Assembly (NCBI GenBank): GCA_964644525.1
Contig: CAZXWC010000002.1
Location: 41-64,040 of the forward strand
Origin: an uncultured Peptostreptococcaceae bacterium
Lineage (GTDB): Bacteria > Bacillota > Clostridia > Peptostreptococcales > BM714
Reading direction: 5' to 3'
DNA: 64,000 nucleotides
The position numbers and the translations under genes were made by a program. Shown here piece after piece: positions 57,920-64,000 of this stretch. Position 1 is the first letter of the stretch. Every line of letters begins with the position of its first letter. A model generated the notes under the pieces. The model saw only the letters and a program-made list of their open reading frames with translations. It was not told the DNA's origin and searched no databases.

Positions 57920-58668
57920 TATACAGAATAGAAGGGCTTGGGCTTGAATACGACAGCCTGCTTATATATAAGGATTTTGAAATAAACATAAAAAAAGGGA
58001 GCATAGTTTCAATCTTGGGACCATCGGGGTGCGGAAAGACAACGTTGCTTAATGTAATGGGAAATCTTGCAGAGCCCGACAAAATAAAAGTGAACGACTT
58101 TAAAGCCCTTTCAAAATCATTCATTTTTCAGGAGCACAGATTGCTTCCATGGAAGACTGTTTATGACAATATTGCATTCGTGATAAAGAAAAAATTTGAC
58201 GAAGAGAAAATGCAGGAACTGGCCAATGAACAACTGAGGCAGGTTGAACTGCTTGAATTCAAAGACTATTATCCTGGTGAGTTAAGTGGGGGAATGAAAC
58301 AAAGGGTTGCAATTGCGAGGGCTTTTGTATATCCTTCGGATGTGCTTGTGATGGACGAGCCTTTCAAGGGACTAGACATACGGACAAAAAGAGTTGTCAT
58401 GGAAACATTTGTTAAAGCATGGGAAAAAGATAAGCGGACGGTTGTTTTCGTGACCCATGATGTTGAGGAAGCTATGCGCCTGGGGGATGAAATACACATA
58501 CTTGAAGGGCCCCCGGTAAAAGTTGTTGAAAAGATCAGGACAAACGGGGTTTTCAGGGATATGAGGACTGAAAGTGCTGAATTCATAGAATTGCGTAACA
58601 GATTGAAATGCATGTTGGATGGTGTATGCCAAGTACTTGACGGAACAGGAGCTAATAATGAAGAGTAG
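57901..58668 (+). CDS. ABC transporter ATP-binding protein
   Basis: 'GPSGCGKTT', 'LSGGMKQRVAIARA' and 'LVMDEPF'. Confidence 0.85.
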   Translation: MENNRMIYRIEGLGLEYDSLLIYKDFEINIKKGSIVSILGPSGCGKTTLLNVMGNLAEPDKIKVNDFKALSKSFIFQEHRLLPWKTVYDNIAFVIKKKFDEEKMQELANEQLRQVELLEFKDYYPGELSGGMKQRVAIARAFVYPSDVLVMDEPFKGLDIRTKRVVMETFVKAWEKDKRTVVFVTHDVEEAMRLGDEIHILEGPPVKVVEKIRTNGVFRDMRTESAEFIELRNRLKCMLDGVCQVLDGTGANNEE

Positions 58669-59572
58669 GAGAATTTATGAAGAAATAAAAAAGATTGTAC
58701 CGGCAGACAGACTTATTCTGGATGAGCCTATGAAAAAACATACGGCATTCAAAATTGGCGGACCGGCGGATTTGTTGGTTTTACCAAAAAGCATGGACGA
58801 AATAGAAAGAATAATAACACTTCTGAACAGACTCGATGTCGAGTGTTTCATAATGGGAAATGGAAGCAATCTTCTTGTTTCGGACAAAGGCATAAGGGGA
58901 ATTGTTGTTAAAATAGCAGACCAGTTCAGCAATATCGAGCTTGATGGCGAGCGGGTTCGTGCCCAGGCCGGAGTTTTGCTGTCGACATTGTCCAAATTTG
59001 CAGCAAAAAATTCGCTTGAGGGAATAGAGTTTGCGGGAGGAATTCCGGGAACATTGGGTGGAGCGGTAGCTATGAACGCAGGGGCCTACGGAGGCGAAAT
59101 TAAAGACGTAGTTGAAAAAGTGACACTTATAGACGAAAGTGGTGAAATAATCGTTTTAAGCAAAGAGTCAATGGAATTTGGATACAGGCATAGCGTAGTT
59201 CAGAGCCGGAATCTTATAGTGCTTGAAGCTGAAATGCTTCTCCAAAGGGGGGGGCAGGCTAAAATAATGGAAAAAATGAATGGTTTCAACCAAAGAAGGA
59301 GTGAAAAGCAGCCGCTTGCCGTACCGAGCGCGGGAAGCACATTCAGGCGGCCTGAAGGCTATTACGCAGGCAAGCTTATACAGGATGCGGGACTGAAAGG
59401 GCTTAGGCATGGTGATGCTATGGTTTCCAACAAGCATTCGGGCTTCATAGTAAATACGGGGAATGCGTCGGCGGAAGATGTTCTTGCCTTGATAAAGACC
59501 GTAAGAAAAGTCGTATTCGACAAATTCGGAGTCATACTTGAAACGGAGGTAAAATTCATTGGAGAATATTAG
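58658..59572 (+). CDS. murB: UDP-N-acetylenolpyruvoylglucosamine reductase
   Basis: 'HTAFKIGGPADLL', 'GNGSNLLV' and 'PSAGSTFRRPEG'. ATG follows AGGAG. Confidence 0.9.
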   Translation: MKSRRIYEEIKKIVPADRLILDEPMKKHTAFKIGGPADLLVLPKSMDEIERIITLLNRLDVECFIMGNGSNLLVSDKGIRGIVVKIADQFSNIELDGERVRAQAGVLLSTLSKFAAKNSLEGIEFAGGIPGTLGGAVAMNAGAYGGEIKDVVEKVTLIDESGEIIVLSKESMEFGYRHSVVQSRNLIVLEAEMLLQRGGQAKIMEKMNGFNQRRSEKQPLAVPSAGSTFRRPEGYYAGKLIQDAGLKGLRHGDAMVSNKHSGFIVNTGNASAEDVLALIKTVRKVVFDKFGVILETEVKFIGEY

Positions 59573-60326
59573 AGTTTGGAGAATGGATTCCGACTATCAT
59601 ACCCACACTGTATACAGCCATGGTAAAGGGACAATTGAAGAAAACATAAAGGCGGCGATAGGCAAAGAAATAAAAATTATAGGCATTTCAGACCACGGAC
59701 CCGGACACAAGGGATTTGGTGTGAAAAGGGATGATATTTTCAAGATGCGCCAAGATGTCGACATGCTTAATGCGGCTCACAAGGAAATTGAAGTAAAACT
59801 GGGTTTGGAGGCAAATATTTCTATGACAGACGGATCCTTGGATGTTGATGATGAAATCATCCAGACGCTGGATTATCTGATGGCTGGTTACCATTTTGGA
59901 ACTGTGGACAGGCCGATTCTGACTTCGGCGAAAATACATTTCTACAATTACCTTAGCGAACACAGCAATTCAATAGAGCGCAGAGTCAGGATAATAAACA
60001 CCAAAGCATTCATAAAGGCTATGCAAGGATATGATCTTCTTGCAGTAACGCATCCGGGCGCAAAAGGTCCGCTTTTCATGGACGAGGTCATAAAGGCTGC
60101 CATAGACAGTGATGTGCTTCTTGAAATAAACAACAAGCACGGACACTTGACCACCGAAGAGATAAGCCTGGCTGGAGAAATTGGGGCGAATTTCATAGTA
60201 GGTAGCGATGCTCACAGACCGGAAGATGTCGGAATTGTTTCAGAAGCAATAGACAGGATAGAGAAATCCGGCATAGACGCTGAGCGCATATGCAACATGA
60301 CTTGTTTGGGCAAGGAGGCTCTTTAA
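59559..60326 (+). CDS. PHP domain (histidinol-phosphatase family) protein
   Basis: 'DYHTHTVYSHG' and 'ISDHGPGH'. TTG 59559 lies 8 nt after GGAGGT; an alternative ATG is at 59583. Confidence 0.75.
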   Translation: MENIRVWRMDSDYHTHTVYSHGKGTIEENIKAAIGKEIKIIGISDHGPGHKGFGVKRDDIFKMRQDVDMLNAAHKEIEVKLGLEANISMTDGSLDVDDEIIQTLDYLMAGYHFGTVDRPILTSAKIHFYNYLSEHSNSIERRVRIINTKAFIKAMQGYDLLAVTHPGAKGPLFMDEVIKAAIDSDVLLEINNKHGHLTTEEISLAGEIGANFIVGSDAHRPEDVGIVSEAIDRIEKSGIDAERICNMTCLGKEAL

Positions 60327-60327
60327 A

Positions 60328-61179
60328 ATGAAGCTGGTAATAATAACAGGAATGTCAGGTGCGGGCAAGAGCAACGCGGCAAATTTCCTTGAGGACATAG
60401 GCTTTTATTGTGTTGACAATATGCCTCCGGTTTTGATGAATAAATTCATAGACGTATTGGTGGAGAACAAAGAGGTAAGCAAAGTAGGGATTATAACCGA
60501 TATAAGGGGAGGAAGCTTTTTCGACGATCTTTTCGAGAATATTGAGAGCTTGAAGAATAGAGGCATACCATATGAAATTGTTTTTCTGGAAGCGTCCAAC
60601 AATGAACTGATAAGGCGTTTCAAACAGACCAGACGAATGCATCCCCTAAGCCAGGACGGGAGCCTTGAAGAAGGGATAGAAAAGGAACGGGCAAGGTTGG
60701 GAAAACTGAGGGAAAAAGCCAACCACATTATAGATACAACAAACATGATTCCATCCCAATTCAAGGACATACTGCAGTCGCTGTACACAAAGGGCGAAAA
60801 AGGCAGCAATATTACGGTAAATATAATGTCATTTGGATATAAGAATGGAATACCACTAGACGCAGACCTGGTTTTTGACGTGCGCTTTCTTCCCAATCCT
60901 CATTACATAGAGGACCTCAGGGAACACACAGGAAACGATGAAAGCGTAAGAAACTATGTCATGCAGTGGCCGGAAAGCAATGAATTTGTAAAGAGACTTA
61001 AAGAAATGGTCGATTTTTTGATGCCTTACTATATAAGGGAAGGCAAGTACCGCCTTATTATCGCCGTTGGATGTACCGGCGGAAAACACCGATCCGTAAC
61101 AGTTGCGAACGAACTTTTCGAATACATGAAGGAAAAAGGGGACAAGGTTCTTGTAAAACACAGGGATATTGCTCGTTGA
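60328..61179 (+). CDS. rapZ: RNase adapter / nucleotide-binding protein RapZ (YvcJ)
   Basis: 'ITGMSGAGKS', 'RRFKQTRRMHPL' and 'AVGCTGGKHRSV'. Confidence 0.9.
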   Translation: MKLVIITGMSGAGKSNAANFLEDIGFYCVDNMPPVLMNKFIDVLVENKEVSKVGIITDIRGGSFFDDLFENIESLKNRGIPYEIVFLEASNNELIRRFKQTRRMHPLSQDGSLEEGIEKERARLGKLREKANHIIDTTNMIPSQFKDILQSLYTKGEKGSNITVNIMSFGYKNGIPLDADLVFDVRFLPNPHYIEDLREHTGNDESVRNYVMQWPESNEFVKRLKEMVDFLMPYYIREGKYRLIIAVGCTGGKHRSVTVANELFEYMKEKGDKVLVKHRDIAR

Positions 61180-61226
61180 AGGTTAAAAAGAGTAGTTGTA
61201 ATATTGGAAATGATATTCTATATAAT

Positions 61227-61258
61227 GCTGCCGAAACTGGTGGCTTTATTTTTTTTTT
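61227..61258 (+). terminator. Terminator after rapZ (overlaps a candidate tnaA promoter at 61196-61226)
   Basis: GCTGCC-gaaact-GGTGGC stem (with wobbles) followed by TTTATTTTTTTTTT. TTGTAA-(17/19 nt)-TATA(TA)AT lies immediately upstream. Confidence 0.45.
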
Positions 61259-61319
61259 GGGTAATAAGGAAGTGTAGACAGTTGTTAACTTGAACAGAAA
61301 TTATGAGGAGGCGCAAAAA

Positions 61320-62702
61320 ATGAGTGTCAGAAAAGCTGAACCCTATAAAATCAAAATGGTGGAGCCTATCAATTTAATACCAAGGGATGAAAGAGAAAAG
61401 GCGCTTAAGGAAGCCGGATACAATCCGTTTTCCCTTAGGGCGGATCAGGTCTACATTGATTTGCTTACCGACAGCGGCACCGGAGCCATGAGCGACAGGC
61501 AGTGGTCCGCTCTCATGATGGGGGACGAATCGTATGCTGGAAGCAGAAGCTTCTATCGCTTGCTGGACGTAGCCAAGTGCATAACAGGGTACAAGTACAT
61601 CGTTCCGGCGCACCAGGGCAGGGGTGCCGAGCAGATATTGCTGCCGAATGTAATCAAGAAGAAAGGCGATTATGTCTTGGGGAATATGCATTTTGATACG
61701 ACAAAGGCGCATATTGAAATTGCAGGAGGTCGCGCGGTAAACTTCATTGACGAAAAGGCCTTCAATACGACCGATTACGACGACTTCAAAGGCGATTTCG
61801 ATTTGGAAAAGCTTGAAAATTTTATAAAAGAGAAAAAGGCCGACAATATAGCATGCATAATTGTGACGGTTACATGCAACTCTGCTGGAGGCCAGCCGGT
61901 ATCCATGGCAAATATAAAAGCAGTCAGGGAAATCGCTGATCGATACGGCATAATGGTTTTGATTGACGCGGCAAGATATGCTGAAAATGCATATTTTATA
62001 AAAAAAAGAGAAGCCGGATACGAAAACAAGACCATAAGGGAGATTGCCAGGGAGATTTTTTCCTATGCCGACGGATTTGCAATGAGCGCGAAAAAAGACG
62101 GGCTTGTCAACATGGGAGGACTCGTGGGAATCAAGGACAATGAGGAACTATACACAGCGGTCCGTTCGCTGATGGTTCCCATGGAGGGATTTCCGACATA
62201 CGGAGGGCTCAACGGAAGGGACATGGAGGCACTGGCGGTCGGGCTTGAGGAAGCTCTTGAATTCGAATATCTGGAGTCGAGAATTGGACAGGTAGAATAT
62301 CTTGGACAAATGCTTCATGATGCGGGAGTACCCATACAATGGCCTGTCGGAGGGCATGCTGTTTTCGTGGACTGCAAGAAAATATGCCCCCACATACCAT
62401 TTAACCAATTCCCGGCGCAAGCCGTGTGCAATGCGGTTTACATAGAGGGAGGCATACGTCCTGTAGAGATAGGTTCATTCCTGCTCGGAAGGGATCCAGA
62501 AACGGGCGAGGATCTTGAGTCTCCATTGGAATTCATGAGATTGACAATACCAAGAAGGGTGTACACGAACAGACACATGGAGGTCATAGCGGACGCTGTA
62601 ATAAATGTTGCAAAGAATGCGGAAAAACTCGTAGGTTTCGAGTTCGAGTATGAACCAAAGGTACTCAGGCACTTTACCGCGAAATTGAGGCCGGTTAAAT
62701 AA
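61320..62702 (+). CDS. tnaA: Tryptophanase (beta-eliminating lyase family). Tyrosine phenol-lyase is less likely.
   Basis: '[13 protein letters not shown]', PLP-Lys 'AMSAKKD', '[15 protein letters not shown]' and '[13 protein letters not shown]' match E. coli TnaA better than TPL, as I recall the two sequences. Confidence 0.75.
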   Translation: MSVRKAEPYKIKMVEPINLIPRDEREKALKEAGYNPFSLRADQVYIDLLTDSGTGAMSDRQWSALMMGDESYAGSRSFYRLLDVAKCITGYKYIVPAHQGRGAEQILLPNVIKKKGDYVLGNMHFDTTKAHIEIAGGRAVNFIDEKAFNTTDYDDFKGDFDLEKLENFIKEKKADNIACIIVTVTCNSAGGQPVSMANIKAVREIADRYGIMVLIDAARYAENAYFIKKREAGYENKTIREIAREIFSYADGFAMSAKKDGLVNMGGLVGIKDNEELYTAVRSLMVPMEGFPTYGGLNGRDMEALAVGLEEALEFEYLESRIGQVEYLGQMLHDAGVPIQWPVGGHAVFVDCKKICPHIPFNQFPAQAVCNAVYIEGGIRPVEIGSFLLGRDPETGEDLESPLEFMRLTIPRRVYTNRHMEVIADAVINVAKNAEKLVGFEFEYEPKVLRHFTAKLRPVK

Positions 62703-62749
62703 TCAAAACTTGCACGAGTTGAATATTGGCTATTTATAACGTATTCAAG

Positions 62750-62797
62750 GGGGACCAATTTCTGCATTTTGCAGGAAAAGGTCCTCGTTCTTGTTTC
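62750..62797 (+). terminator. Terminator after tnaA
   Basis: GGGGACC...GGTCCTC outer stem enclosing CTGC-atttt-GCAG, followed by GTTCTTGTTTC. Confidence 0.5.
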
Positions 62798-63008
62798 AAC
62801 ATTTTTTGCAAAATCAAAGTGCAATAACCAAAACCGCTATCATGAATTTGTTTCCTTGTATATAATGGAATCATAAAGGCGCTTGCAAAAGACGGAGTAA
62901 GACTGAGACAGGCAGGGAAGTCAGAAAAACGATTGAAAAATGGCGTCCTTACCGATTCTAAGAAACATTGTGCCTGTGGAACTGTGAAATGGCAAGGGAG
63001 GATTAGAA

Positions 63009-63503
63009 ATGTACTTTGCGAAATTTGAAACATGGCTTTGCGATATGGTTTTTGTGGGGGATGAACATGGTATAAGGCACCTGCATTTGTGCATAGGAGA
63101 TGACAAGAGGAATTTTTCCATAGCTGAAGATTGGATTGAAAACTACGGCTTTTTCAGGGATGAAATCCTTCAGGTGAAGGAATATCTTGAAGGAGAAAGG
63201 GAAAGCTTCGACATCAAGCTGAATCCACAAGGGACGGAATTTCAAAAAAAGGTATGGAGGAAACTCTGTCAAATACCCTACGGCAAAACAGCCAATTACA
63301 AGGATATAGCTGTTTCGACAGGTAATAGGAATGCTTGTAGGGCCGTGGGAATGGCAAACAGCAAAAATCCGATTCCGCTGATTATACCGTGCCACAGGGT
63401 TATCGGGTCCGACGGCAAGCTGACAGGCTATGCCTTTGGAGTTGGCACAAAACAGAAGCTAATTTCTCTTGAAAAAGAGAAATGCGATGAATCTTCCCGT
63501 TGA
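63009..63503 (+). CDS. ogt: Methylated-DNA--protein-cysteine methyltransferase
   Basis: Active site 'IIPCHRVIG', plus 'TEFQKKVWRKLCQIPYGKT'. Confidence 0.9.
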   Translation: MYFAKFETWLCDMVFVGDEHGIRHLHLCIGDDKRNFSIAEDWIENYGFFRDEILQVKEYLEGERESFDIKLNPQGTEFQKKVWRKLCQIPYGKTANYKDIAVSTGNRNACRAVGMANSKNPIPLIIPCHRVIGSDGKLTGYAFGVGTKQKLISLEKEKCDESSR

Positions 63504-63648
63504 ATTCTAAGGGATTCCATATAAAAAAAGATGCATGTGCACAGTCGTGTGATTGCCATTTAAACGGTTATTTTACATTTGCCAAAGAAGGATTTAAGGC
63601 ATGCATATTGAAATAAACATATAGAGAAAAAATCGGGGAAGTGGAGCA

Positions 63649-64000
63649 ATGAAAAGGATAGTAAGCGCGGGTGGAATTGTAAGTTTTCACAACACGATAC
63701 TAATGTTGAAGAAATTCAACGGTGACTGGGTTCTTCCCAAAGGCAAGGTTGAAGAGGGAGAAAATCTCGAGCAGACAGCTCTTAGGGAAGTTCTTGAGGA
63801 AAGCGGTGTGCGTGCGGAAATAAAGGCTTATCTGGGAAAAATAGAATACGAATTTAAAAACTCATGGAGCGATAACCTCTTTGCGAAAAAGGTGGTACAT
63901 TGGTTTTTGATGGAATCAAAAAGCATGGCGTGCACCCCTCTGAGGAATGAAGGTTTCATAGAAGCTCGTTTCGTACACGTGGACAGAGTTTTTGACTTGA
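63649..64000 (+). CDS. NUDIX hydrolase (3' end outside the window)
   Basis: Nudix box 'GKVEEGENLEQTALREVLEESGV'. ATG follows GGGGAAGTGGAG. The ORF is open to the window end. Confidence 0.75.
   Translation, partial: MKRIVSAGGIVSFHNTILMLKKFNGDWVLPKGKVEEGENLEQTALREVLEESGVRAEIKAYLGKIEYEFKNSWSDNLFAKKVVHWFLMESKSMACTPLRNEGFIEARFVHVDRVFDL

Noticed and set aside
61196-61258. A promoter immediately followed by a hairpin and long U-tract upstream of tnaA, considered as a tryptophan-responsive attenuator.
   Set aside because: With the -10 at about 61219-61226, transcription would start inside the 5' arm of the hairpin. The hairpin can then form only in read-through transcripts from rapZ. The simplest reading is a rapZ terminator overlapping the tnaA promoter. 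No leader peptide with Trp codons or T-box elements was seen.
1-64000. Scan for CRISPR arrays, tRNA/rRNA genes, tandem repeats, and integrase, phage or defence-system genes.
   Set aside because: None recognised. All ORFs above about 100 aa are accounted for by housekeeping or metabolic families, apart from the few hypotheticals listed.

Overview
The gene content points to a low-GC, anaerobic, amino-acid-fermenting Firmicute (Clostridia/Tissierellia-like). The window is almost entirely chromosomal core: dense, mostly plus-strand operons. I saw no rRNA, tRNA, CRISPR array or intact mobile element. In order: addBA; a sigma-54/PrdR-controlled D-proline reductase (Stickland) operon prdR-prdC-prdA-X-prdB-prdD-prdE-prdF plus a TSUP permease; psuK-psuG-cobO; thrC-thrB plus a DUF1576-like membrane protein; acpS-nnr-alr-mazEF; tagA, ilvE and a Lon-like protease; ftsEX-M23-ctpA-PDZ; uvrB-uvrA and uvrC; an orphan degenerate ISL3-like gene; an HndABCD-type [FeFe] hydrogenase; an ABC importer; murB-PHP-rapZ; tnaA, ogt and a Nudix gene.

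Main observations:
1. The ORF track mis-parses two genes at in-frame UGA codons. prdB is the classical selenoprotein and is split into two ORFs. prdC is truncated just before a C-x-x-U motif, and a 36-codon open tail follows. Both UGAs have SECIS-like hairpins downstream.
2. A perfect -24/-12 sigma-54 promoter lies upstream of prdC, behind two terminator-like hairpins.
3. An ISL3-transposase-like gene with apparently degenerate catalytic motifs and no visible inverted repeats sits 22 nt from uvrC.
4. There are several small unannotated ORFs and leader features.

I did not find a convincing novel multi-gene system such as a defence island. Most of the window is ordinary.
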